A DNA stretch of 32,000 nt from Candidatus Parcubacteria bacterium (GCA_023443725.1 JAEZTF010000010.1:1-32000), one strand, 5' to 3'; shown: positions 6,494 through 14,786, counted from the first letter of the stretch. A program made the numbers and translations. The notes: generated by a model from the sequence alone, not told the origin.

Positions 6494-9132
6494 AGATTTT
6501 TGATATTAAATTTGTTTCTTCTGTTTTCAAAGGCTTCTTTTCCTCCTTCGAGCAAATCGCATGCATGTTCTCTTATTCCCATTTTATTTAGAAAACATGA
6601 AGCTTCAGGTTCAGTAAAAGTATTCTCAATACTTCCAGTAAAATATTCAAACATTATGTCATTTGTATTTTTAGTTTGTGGTCCATTTCTGTTAACGACG
6701 ATTATTTCTTCAGCATCTGCTTTAATGGCGATATTGGCATTATGAGTAACAAGAATAATTTGTCTTTCTTTCTTTTTTATTCTTAAAAAATTAACAATTT
6801 CGTTTGAAATCGATCTACTGTCAAGATCATCTTCTGGTTGGTCGATTAATATCGGATATTTATCTTTGCTGGATTCAATTAAAAGTTTTAATACCACTAG
6901 GGCTTTTTTACCAGGTGTCATGTCTGGATATTCGTCACCTTCATAAGACAAAGAATAATTTATGAATTCAAAATCGGAAAATAAACCTTCGACTGCTCTT
7001 TGAATATCGACTCCTGATTTTGTTTTAAGTTTTTCATCAAGTAACAAGTTCAATACAGTGGTAATATTATCAGCTTTTATCAAAGCAGATGGATCATAAA
7101 TATCGTCGTTCTTGTATCCAGGTATTGCATTTAGAGACAACCTGCAGTCTGTTGAGTTGTGAATATTTATCGAGTCTTCCAAATATTTATTTAATTTTGT
7201 TTTGTCAATTTCAACATTAGCTGAATATTTAATACCATCAATGTCACCTACCGTGTTTACTATAAATCCATTTTTAAGTTCAGTTCTTTGTTTGTGAGCT
7301 TCAACAATTTTGTTTTTAATGTCTAGAAAGGAAGTTTCTAGATTGCCTAGGACACCTTCTTCTTTTATGATTTCGGCTAGTTTAGCCTCTTGCTGTTCCC
7401 TTTCTTTTATTTTTTCTGTGGCTGATTTATTTTCTCTTGATTTGTCGATCAAATCTTTATTATCAGTTAGAATTTTTGAATTAGTGGATTCGAGTGCAAC
7501 TTTTTCTGCAGTAAGTTGTTCATTTTTTGTTTTTAAGAAAGCCAAGTAATTTATTAAATATTTTGTTTTACTTTCTTTTTCAAATTTTGAGAGTTCTTCA
7601 ATTAAATCAACTGACTTTAATAATAAAGCTCGGTCTTGAAATATTTCAGCTTCTGATGGTGGTTGTGACATTTCAGTAGTAAATACTCCGATATCATTTG
7701 ATAAATTTTCGATTTTGTTCTTATTTTCGTTAAATAATTTGCTTATTTCAGTTAACTTAACGCGATCTTCTGGAGTGAAATTCTTTTGTAGCGATTTAAT
7801 TGTCTCATCTAATAATTTAATCTGTTCAGAAATACCTGCTTTATCTCCAATCTTCTTAATTTTTTCTTTTTGTTCAGAAATTTGTTTTTTCAGAGTAAAT
7901 AAACGAAAAATATTACTAGCTAAATTAGTTCCTAATATTTCAACTTGGTTATCCAATTCTTCTTTTTGAGAAGAGATAGGATTTTGGCTATCAAAGATAG
8001 CTTTTTCAGCTATCTCCAAAATAGGTGCTTCTTCATCTTTTGCTTCTGCAAGATTGATTATGTAATTTTGTGGTATATAAGTAATTCCTTTATTAATATC
8101 ACTAGTTGGAAGAATGCTACCGTCTTTCCATTTAACAGTTAAAGATGGAGGCTCTCTTGGTGGTTTTTGTCCGTCAAATCTAGAGTTGTACTCTGAAATG
8201 TCGATCGCTTTCGCAATGCTATTTAATAATGTCGTTTTACCTGATGATCTGCTACCAATAATGACAGTAAGGTTAGAATTCAAAGGAATTGGAGTTGGTG
8301 AAAAGTTTGTATCATTTATAACTACTTCTGAAATTACTCGATAGACGTCTTTTTCATCTGGTTGAAATTCCTGTACCGCCACTCTTTCATCTGGTTCATA
8401 TAAAATTTGTTTTAATCCCTCAAAAGTTAAATCTGCTTTGATCCAGCAATTTTGTTTAAGAACGTATTCTTCAATATTATGGTTATCGGAGCACAAAATC
8501 ATTGGAAAAGTTTTTTTAATGTTTGGAAAAACATGTTGACGATAATCGTTTAGATCACTTTCTTTACCAATTTCAAAAATGTCGACATTTTTAGAAATGT
8601 CTAATTTTTCAGCCATATTTACAGGTAAGGCATTGGTGATATTTTCGATACTATTAGATTTCTTTCCTGAATGTATTGATACTAATCCTCCAAGATTTCT
8701 GATTAATGCACATGTCTCGTCTAACTTACAATAAATTTCATTATTTCCACGACCAGACTTTTCTTGTGATGCAATATCAGCCCCGTTGTAGAGCTGTCCC
8801 CATATATAGTCTAAGTCAGAGTTCTCTGGAAAAATACCGATAAAGTGAATCGGTTCTGATCCTCTTGAGTTTGAACATAATTCTATACCTGGAAAAATTG
8901 TAATTTCGTCTCCTGCTAGCTTCCTTAATTCCAAAATTCTGTTTATATCAATAATATGATGATCTGTTATTGCAACAGCATTAATTTGATTTTCCTTTAA
9001 GACTTCAATAATTCTGTCGTTACCTACCGACTTATTTTGGTAGTCGTAGGAACTTGGAGTGTGAAAATGTAAATCCCATTTTCTCCATTCTGATCCCTTT
9101 GAAAATCTATTGTTCACCCCACACCTCCTCAA
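6490..9132 (-). CDS. PHP-domain phosphoesterase fused to a coiled-coil ABC (Rad50/SbcC/SMC-like) ATPase
   Basis: 880 aa from TTG 9132. The likelier start is GTG 9117, 6 nt after GGAGG at 9124-9128. PHP ligands: H22xH24, D57-H58, E84, H96, H154, D216xH218. Walker A GSRSSGKT at 293-300 (nt 8233-8256). Coiled-coil-like region about 385-625. Signature-like TPGKK at 739-743, Walker B ILIDQPEDD at 761-769, H-loop VTHN at 795-798. Confidence 0.8.
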   Translation of the reverse strand: MRRCGVNNRFSKGSEWRKWDLHFHTPSSYDYQNKSVGNDRIIEVLKENQINAVAITDHHIIDINRILELRKLAGDEITIFPGIELCSNSRGSEPIHFIGIFPENSDLDYIWGQLYNGADIASQEKSGRGNNEIYCKLDETCALIRNLGGLVSIHSGKKSNSIENITNALPVNMAEKLDISKNVDIFEIGKESDLNDYRQHVFPNIKKTFPMILCSDNHNIEEYVLKQNCWIKADLTFEGLKQILYEPDERVAVQEFQPDEKDVYRVISEVVINDTNFSPTPIPLNSNLTVIIGSRSSGKTTLLNSIAKAIDISEYNSRFDGQKPPREPPSLTVKWKDGSILPTSDINKGITYIPQNYIINLAEAKDEEAPILEIAEKAIFDSQNPISSQKEELDNQVEILGTNLASNIFRLFTLKKQISEQKEKIKKIGDKAGISEQIKLLDETIKSLQKNFTPEDRVKLTEISKLFNENKNKIENLSNDIGVFTTEMSQPPSEAEIFQDRALLLKSVDLIEELSKFEKESKTKYLINYLAFLKTKNEQLTAEKVALESTNSKILTDNKDLIDKSRENKSATEKIKEREQQEAKLAEIIKEEGVLGNLETSFLDIKNKIVEAHKQRTELKNGFIVNTVGDIDGIKYSANVEIDKTKLNKYLEDSINIHNSTDCRLSLNAIPGYKNDDIYDPSALIKADNITTVLNLLLDEKLKTKSGVDIQRAVEGLFSDFEFINYSLSYEGDEYPDMTPGKKALVVLKLLIESSKDKYPILIDQPEDDLDSRSISNEIVNFLRIKKKERQIILVTHNANIAIKADAEEIIVVNRNGPQTKNTNDIMFEYFTGSIENTFTEPEASCFLNKMGIREHACDLLEGGKEAFENRRNKFNIKNL

Positions 9133-11584
9133 TTCTTTGATTTATTTTTTCTTGGTAGAGCTCGATAAGTTTCTTTAGTGGTTCAATTATAGATTTCTCA
9201 TTTTCTATTTTTTCGATTATTTGCCTTTGTGTGTTTATCGAAGGTAAAGCAATTGTCAGCTCGTTTAAGTCCTCAGGATTTACACCAGACTGTCTCACTC
9301 TTCCTGATAATGAAATTATTTTCTTTTGAACGGGGTCTGAAGATAAAAAATAATAAAGCCAATCATTGGTAATTTTATTATTGTCTGGTAAACACTTCAT
9401 TAATGCAACGTTATACGCTCCTGTTTTGCCACGTAAAATTTGAAAAACTGGTGGTCCATATCTTCCAATCATAATATCGGTTTCGCTACAAGTTTTGTGT
9501 CTTGCAGATTTGGGAATATAAACTGCATTTTTGTCTGATTTATAATCTCTAATCTGAAGTAATCGTATATATCCTGTTTTTGGCGTATCGATAAATGTGG
9601 ATTTTGGAGGTTGAGTTCCACCAGCATAGCTACAAACTTCTCCCAATCTTACTTTTTTCCATTTTGGATCATTTTTGAAGATGGGTTTCCAATTCTCAAC
9701 CACTTGTTTTGCCCCGTCGATAATTTTTTGAAATTCGTCAATTTCTTTTACAATTTGTTTTTGAATTTCGATTGGTGGTAACGGTATCTGTTTTTGATAA
9801 GCATCGTTTCTATTTAATCCTGGCACTCCTGATTGGATTTTTAATTTTCCCAATTCAAGTTTTTTCAACATCCAAAAAAGATATTTCAATAAAATTTTTT
9901 CTTCATTTTCTAATTTGATGTAGAACGTTGTGTCTATTGGAAAACCTGATATTTCTGACATTGTAATTTCACCAGCAGACCCTTTTCTTCCAACAATAAT
10001 AAATGGCCCTTCAACAATGTATTGGTTATGAAAACCGATAATTCCAGACGAACCAAATACTGGGTAGTCGCCTGATTTTCTAGAATTTTCTTTTAATGGT
10101 TTTCCATATTCAAAAGTACAAATGTCACCTAATTTAGCTAAAGGATAATTTCCTTGGGTGTAAACGGTATTATCTTGATATTTGTCTCCATTTAATGAGT
10201 AATCTTCTTTTTCTTTTATTTTAGTAATTGGAATTAAATTGGCTTTTGATTTTGGCCCATGATCCAATAATATTGGTTTTAACCCTGGTTCTAATGGTTT
10301 TAATAATAACTCTCTGTAACCATTGATCCAATTTAATGCTTCAGGTAAGTCATTTTTATCTATTGGACGTTTGGTGGCTCCAAGATCGAAACCGTCATTT
10401 TCTACTTTTACAAAAAGGATATCTTTAACTTTGTTTTTGAGAGATTTGTCAAAAAAGAGAATACTAGTTTTAACTCCTGCATAAGGATTAAAAATTCCAC
10501 TAGGTAAAGAAACTACACACCAAAGACCAGCATCTTCAACCAACATTTGGCGAATTTTTTTATGGGCGTTTGTCGAATTAAAAACTACTCCTTCGGGAAC
10601 AATAACACCTGCTCGACCAGATGGTGAAAGATGGTCGATCATGTAACGTAAGAAGAGTAATTCTGTTGATCGAGTTCCCATTCTTAAATCTTCACTGACA
10701 CTGTCGATATCTAAAGCCCCAGCAAAAGGTGGATTGGCTAATATTACATCCCATTTGGTTCTATCCCCTGCGGTATCGACTAAGGTATTCTGTCTTTTCA
10801 TGTTTGGATGCTCGAGTTTATGAAGATAAAGATTCATAAGTCCGAATTTGAACATGTCAAAGTCACTGTCAAATCCAGTAAAGGTGTATTTGTAGACAAA
10901 ATCTCTTTCTTGAGGAGTTAATAAATCCATTGGATATTTATCAATTTTTTTGTACTCGTCTGATGAATATTTTTCTTCAAGATGTTTGAGAGCGGCAACT
11001 AAAAAACCTGCTGTACCACAAGCAGGGTCTAAAATTGTTTCGCCTTTTTTAGGATCGATAACATCGACTATAAATTTGATAATGTGTCGTGGAGTTCGAA
11101 ATGATCCAAGAGTACCAGCTTGAGAAAGTTTGCTTAATAAATATTCGTACATGTCACCAAAAATATCGGTGTGACCAGCGGTAGCTTGTTTTTCCAAATC
11201 AGAAAACATTTTTTCGATCTCATGGACTAATCTTCTTAATGTTGGTTTGTCAAAAACTTTTACATGAGCATCGCGGAAAAGTAATTTTATTGTTTGACTG
11301 GTGGTTATCTCTGGGAGTTTTCGAAAGACTTCTTCAAGGGAGTTAAATAATTCATCAGCATTAAGAATTAAGAGATTGTCCCAGTGATATTTTCTTAATT
11401 CTCCACTAAAAATTTTTTCGGCAGATGGATCAAGGATCATGGCATTATCGTCTTTTCTAGAAAGAGATCTTAAAAAGACAAGATAATTTATTTGTTCAAT
11501 GATGGTGGCATGACTAGCGACTCCAGCACCGAAAAGAATATTCATTAAATTGTCTACTTGGTTTTTGAAATCTGTTTGGGTCAT
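9107..11584 (-). CDS. hsdM: Type I R-M methyltransferase fused to a complete two-TRD specificity subunit (HsdM-HsdS fusion)
   Basis: 825 aa. 'DPACGTAGF' (AdoMet motif I, 186-194) and 'NPPF' (284-287). From about residue 480 there are two target-recognition domains ('LGDICTFEYGKPL...', 'LGEVCSYAGGTQPPKS...'). They are separated and followed by conserved helical spacers ('IPLPPIEIQKQIVKEID', 'LPSINTQRQIIEKIE'). Confidence 0.85.
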   Translation of the reverse strand: MTQTDFKNQVDNLMNILFGAGVASHATIIEQINYLVFLRSLSRKDDNAMILDPSAEKIFSGELRKYHWDNLLILNADELFNSLEEVFRKLPEITTSQTIKLLFRDAHVKVFDKPTLRRLVHEIEKMFSDLEKQATAGHTDIFGDMYEYLLSKLSQAGTLGSFRTPRHIIKFIVDVIDPKKGETILDPACGTAGFLVAALKHLEEKYSSDEYKKIDKYPMDLLTPQERDFVYKYTFTGFDSDFDMFKFGLMNLYLHKLEHPNMKRQNTLVDTAGDRTKWDVILANPPFAGALDIDSVSEDLRMGTRSTELLFLRYMIDHLSPSGRAGVIVPEGVVFNSTNAHKKIRQMLVEDAGLWCVVSLPSGIFNPYAGVKTSILFFDKSLKNKVKDILFVKVENDGFDLGATKRPIDKNDLPEALNWINGYRELLLKPLEPGLKPILLDHGPKSKANLIPITKIKEKEDYSLNGDKYQDNTVYTQGNYPLAKLGDICTFEYGKPLKENSRKSGDYPVFGSSGIIGFHNQYIVEGPFIIVGRKGSAGEITMSEISGFPIDTTFYIKLENEEKILLKYLFWMLKKLELGKLKIQSGVPGLNRNDAYQKQIPLPPIEIQKQIVKEIDEFQKIIDGAKQVVENWKPIFKNDPKWKKVRLGEVCSYAGGTQPPKSTFIDTPKTGYIRLLQIRDYKSDKNAVYIPKSARHKTCSETDIMIGRYGPPVFQILRGKTGAYNVALMKCLPDNNKITNDWLYYFLSSDPVQKKIISLSGRVRQSGVNPEDLNELTIALPSINTQRQIIEKIENEKSIIEPLKKLIELYQEKINQRIEEVWGEQ

Positions 11585-13959
11585 AGGTTGAGAATTCGAC
11601 TATCTTTAACTTCCAAAACCATATTAATTAAATTATCTCTTCCAAAGATATTAACCCATTCATCTGGGGTAAAAGTATTGAAAGGACTAGTATTCAAAAA
11701 TAAGATATTTGGTGATTTTTTGATTTCGTTTCTTAATTCTTTATTTTGAATTAATTCATCGATAAGTAATTTGACCATCATGACTTTTTGTTGTGATCCG
11801 CCAGTAGTAGCCTCGCCATATTTTTCGACGATTCCATCTTTCCATTCTTTTAATTGTTGATCTCGATTTGGTAATTCTTTTTTACCAATGGCTGATAAAA
11901 AGAAATCTCTGATAGTGGCGACGACTTGGTGAGATTCGATTAAAGTTTCTTCATTAAAATAAAGTTCTGGTTTGTTGAGCAATTCAGTATTAATGATTTC
12001 TAATAATTCGTCTTGTCTGTTTTCGTCTTCGGCAATTTGTTTGATATCTGGTCGACTCTCGGCAAATTTAATGACTGTTTTTGTCCAATCGCTTTGATAC
12101 ATTTCTCGATCAACTCTGTCGCCATTTGGGCCATAAATAAGCTCATCTCTTCCATTAACAAAATCAAGACGATTAATGATTGGTTTATCTCCATAATCAA
12201 TAATGACTCCAGGACCTTCTCCTATTGGTTGTTCGATGACTCCTGTTTCTCCTGGGGATGGTCTTTCAATTGGTTTGGCTGATTCTTCAGTGACTTTTAG
12301 TGGTGCTGTCCAATCATATGTTTCTTCAAAATACTGACAAACACCGCAGAAATCGAAAATGACAAATTCTTTTTTATCAATTTCTTTACAAAGACGAGTA
12401 CCCCGACCTTTAATTTGTTGGTAAAGAGTTGGTTCAAAAACTGGTCGACAAAGAACAATATTTAGAATCTCTGGAGCATCGAATCCAGTGGTTAACATAT
12501 CAACAGAAACGGCAATTCGAGGTAATTGAATATCAAGATTTCTAAAGTCTTTGGCCAACTCATGAGCACCTTTCACTTGACTGGTAATGGTTTGTGCAAA
12601 ACGGCCATTAAATTCTGGTCTGAGATTATTCAATATTTTTTCGAGAGCTAAAGCATGTCTTTGATTGACGGCAAAAATTATAGTTTTACCAATTTCATTT
12701 GTTGGAGTTTTTAAGGCATATTCTAAAAACTCTTTCATCATTAATTCGTTTCTTTTGGGAATTGAGACTTTCTTTTCGATATCAGTTATTTTGTAATTTT
12801 CATTTTCAAAATCACCTTCACCAGCTAACCCTTGATCGCTTAAGGCTTGTTGAGTAATATCAGAAGTCATTTTGTGAAGTTTGGCAGGGACTAGATATCC
12901 ATCTTTAACTCCGTCTTGAATGTTATATTGATAAGTGGCTTTGCCGTCTTCACATCCGAAATATCGATAAGTACTTCTTTGAATTCTTAACTCAACAGCT
13001 CTTGGATCATCAAGACCCAATTTATTAATATCAATGTTTTTTAGGAAGTCTTTTGGAGTGGCGGTTAAACCAATTCTGGTAGCTCCAACAAAATAATCCA
13101 TTATTCCCCTAGCTTCGGCTGAATAAATACTTCGGTGAGCTTCGTCATGGATAATTAAATCAAAATATCCTGGAGTAAAAACATCTCTTCCGTGAGCGAT
13201 TAATGATTGGATAGTAGCGACGACGATATTGGCTCCAGTTAAATTCTTTTTTGATTCTCCCCAGTAAGTGGCAATAGCTGATAAGTTTCCAAGAAGTTTT
13301 TCAAATGATCCTTTTGTTTGACGAGCTAATTCAATTCGATCGACTACAAATAAAACAGTTTGAGCTTGATTTGTTTTGATAAATTTGGAAATGATAAGAG
13401 CAGATAAAACAGTTTTTCCTGTACCTGTGGCCATCTCCAATAAAAATCCTCTTTTGCCTTGATCGTATTCATTAGCAATGGCATTGAAAGCATCAATTTG
13501 ATAAGGTCGAAGTTTAATATCGGAATTAATATCTGAAAAATAATCGGAGCTTATAGGTTTTTGATTAAGAGGTTCACTAATTTTGGCTGATCTGGTTTGT
13601 CTTTTTCTAACTAAATCGTCTTGAGAAAAGAAAGCTGGAACTGGGGTGGCATCACCACCAGAATTAAAATCCCAAAAATAAATGATATGATCATTGGCTA
13701 AAAAAATATAATCGATATTTCCTTTGTACTGTAAATCGGCATAATCAAAAGATTGTTTCTTGGCTGAATAAGGATCAATATCTGGGGCTTTGGCTTCGAT
13801 TAGAGCTATTGGTTTTCCATGTTTGTCCTTAAGAACGTAGTCGGCCCTACCTGCTACACCATGATCTTCAAAAACAACTTGATTAGTATCAAAAATGTCC
13901 CAACCTACATCTTTAAGATGTTGATCGATAACTGCTCTTGAATAAGCTTCTTTTGGCAT
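11581..13959 (-). CDS. hsdR: Type I restriction enzyme R subunit (PD-(D/E)xK nuclease + SF2 DEAH translocase)
   Basis: 792 aa. N-terminal 'GRADYVL...IALIEAKA' (D40, E55-x-K57). Walker A 'ATGTGKT' (177-183). 'DEAH' (272-275). Motif VI 'QQIKGRGTR'. Its stop overlaps the hsdM-S start (ATGA, 11581-11584). Confidence 0.85.
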   Translation of the reverse strand: MPKEAYSRAVIDQHLKDVGWDIFDTNQVVFEDHGVAGRADYVLKDKHGKPIALIEAKAPDIDPYSAKKQSFDYADLQYKGNIDYIFLANDHIIYFWDFNSGGDATPVPAFFSQDDLVRKRQTRSAKISEPLNQKPISSDYFSDINSDIKLRPYQIDAFNAIANEYDQGKRGFLLEMATGTGKTVLSALIISKFIKTNQAQTVLFVVDRIELARQTKGSFEKLLGNLSAIATYWGESKKNLTGANIVVATIQSLIAHGRDVFTPGYFDLIIHDEAHRSIYSAEARGIMDYFVGATRIGLTATPKDFLKNIDINKLGLDDPRAVELRIQRSTYRYFGCEDGKATYQYNIQDGVKDGYLVPAKLHKMTSDITQQALSDQGLAGEGDFENENYKITDIEKKVSIPKRNELMMKEFLEYALKTPTNEIGKTIIFAVNQRHALALEKILNNLRPEFNGRFAQTITSQVKGAHELAKDFRNLDIQLPRIAVSVDMLTTGFDAPEILNIVLCRPVFEPTLYQQIKGRGTRLCKEIDKKEFVIFDFCGVCQYFEETYDWTAPLKVTEESAKPIERPSPGETGVIEQPIGEGPGVIIDYGDKPIINRLDFVNGRDELIYGPNGDRVDREMYQSDWTKTVIKFAESRPDIKQIAEDENRQDELLEIINTELLNKPELYFNEETLIESHQVVATIRDFFLSAIGKKELPNRDQQLKEWKDGIVEKYGEATTGGSQQKVMMVKLLIDELIQNKELRNEIKKSPNILFLNTSPFNTFTPDEWVNIFGRDNLINMVLEVKDSRILNL

Positions 13960-14013
13960 GGTTAATTATACCGCCTATCTGATGAGATTCTTAGGCAGTT
14001 GTTTATAATTAAT

Positions 14014-14184
14014 TTATTCAATTTTGGTATCTTCGGACGGTTTTTTGATTGGCTTTGATATTAAGGCAAAAAACTTCAAAAAACTCTCTGCCTCAATTCT
14101 TGCCTTTTCAAAACTAATTTCTCCACATTTTTTCCTGTAGATTTCTTGAAATTCTTTGACGGCTTCATCTGATAGAAATGACAT
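14014..14184 (-). CDS. Hypothetical 56-aa ORF directly upstream of hsdR (not in the ORF track)
   Basis: Hand translation: MSFLSDEAVKEFQEIYRKKCGEISFEKARIEAESFLKFFALISKPIKKPSEDTKIE. Same strand as the R-M operon, 54 nt upstream of the hsdR ATG. No family recognised. Confidence 0.3.
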   Translation of the reverse strand: MSFLSDEAVKEFQEIYRKKCGEISFEKARIEAESFLKFFALISKPIKKPSEDTKIE

Positions 14185-14200
14185 ACCCTATTATAGGGTA
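14184..14200. promoter_or_regulatory. Perfect 17-bp palindrome between divergent mini-ORFs (candidate operator)
   Basis: TACCCTAT-T-ATAGGGTA: 8-bp arms with a 1-nt centre. It abuts the start codon of the minus-strand mini-ORF and lies 10 nt before the plus-strand ATG at 14210. Confidence 0.5.
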
Positions 14201-14209
14201 AGATTAATT

Positions 14210-14377
14210 ATGGATCTTAAGAAAGCAAGAGAATTACTTGGAGAGGAAAATAACAAATATGATGACGACCAAATTCTTGAATTTATTGATACTGCCAAAC
14301 TCTTGTCTAGTATTGCGATTGATACAATTCAAAAAATGACAAAGAAAGAATTGGAAGAACTTGTGAAGAAAAAATAG
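14210..14377 (+). CDS. Hypothetical 55-aa protein (start moved to the first ATG)
   Basis: The track ORF 14156..14377 starts at TTG. The ATG at 14210 gives MDLKKARELLGEENNKYDDDQILEFIDTAKLL..., predicted helical and acidic/basic. No family recognised. Confidence 0.35.
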   Translation: MDLKKARELLGEENNKYDDDQILEFIDTAKLLSSIAIDTIQKMTKKELEELVKKK

Positions 14378-14479
14378 TAGCTTTGATTTAATTCACAGCT
14401 ATGCCGTACAACTCAAAAACATTTTTTAGTTTGACTAGGTATACTAAAAGGTGTTCGAAATTCGGAACACTCAGCTCAC

Positions 14480-14716
14480 ATGTATTATGTGTATGTATTA
14501 AAAAGTCTTAACACAGGGAAATTTTATAAAGGTCAAACTTCTGATCTTAATGACAGATTGTATCGTCATTTTACAGGTCAGTCTATTTCGACAAAATCAC
14601 TTCTGCCACTAGAATTGATTTTCGTCCAAATTTGTAATACCAGAAGTGAAGCAGTTTTATTGGAAAAATATTTAAAATCAGGAATAGGGAGAGAGTTTAT
14701 TAAACATATAGTTTAG
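14480..14716 (+). CDS. GIY-YIG nuclease superfamily protein (small stand-alone type)
   Basis: 78 aa. 'YYVYVLKS...GKFYKGQTSDLNDRLYRH...E' matches GIY-(10-11)-YIG plus the conserved R and E. Confidence 0.8.
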   Translation: MYYVYVLKSLNTGKFYKGQTSDLNDRLYRHFTGQSISTKSLLPLELIFVQICNTRSEAVLLEKYLKSGIGREFIKHIV

Positions 14717-14747
14717 GACATCCGCCTTTGGCGGATAATCGTGGGTT
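14711..14747 (+). pseudogene. tRNA-Asp-derived fragment (D-loop to T-stem), non-functional
   Basis: GTTTAGGACATCCGCCTTTGGCGGATAATCGTGGGTT aligns to 28131-28169 of the intact tRNA-Asp. About 31 of 39 columns are identical, including two exact 10-mers in the same order. The anticodon loop is shortened to 5 nt, and there is no acceptor arm or proper T-loop. Confidence 0.6.
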
Positions 14748-14786
14748 TCCACCACAGCGGATAAATTTTTTCCACTGGAGTCACAT

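Noticed and set aside
66-11584. Possibility that the serine recombinase drives hsdS phase variation (a shufflon-type TRD inversion).
   Set aside because: No silent or partial hsdS/TRD copies and no inverted repeats flanking the TRDs are visible in the window. The recombinase is about 9 kb away in a separate module.
13975-13990. CTGATGAG, identical to the hammerhead ribozyme core, just upstream of hsdR.
   Set aside because: No downstream GAAA box and no stems I-III could be drawn. An 8-mer alone is expected by chance.
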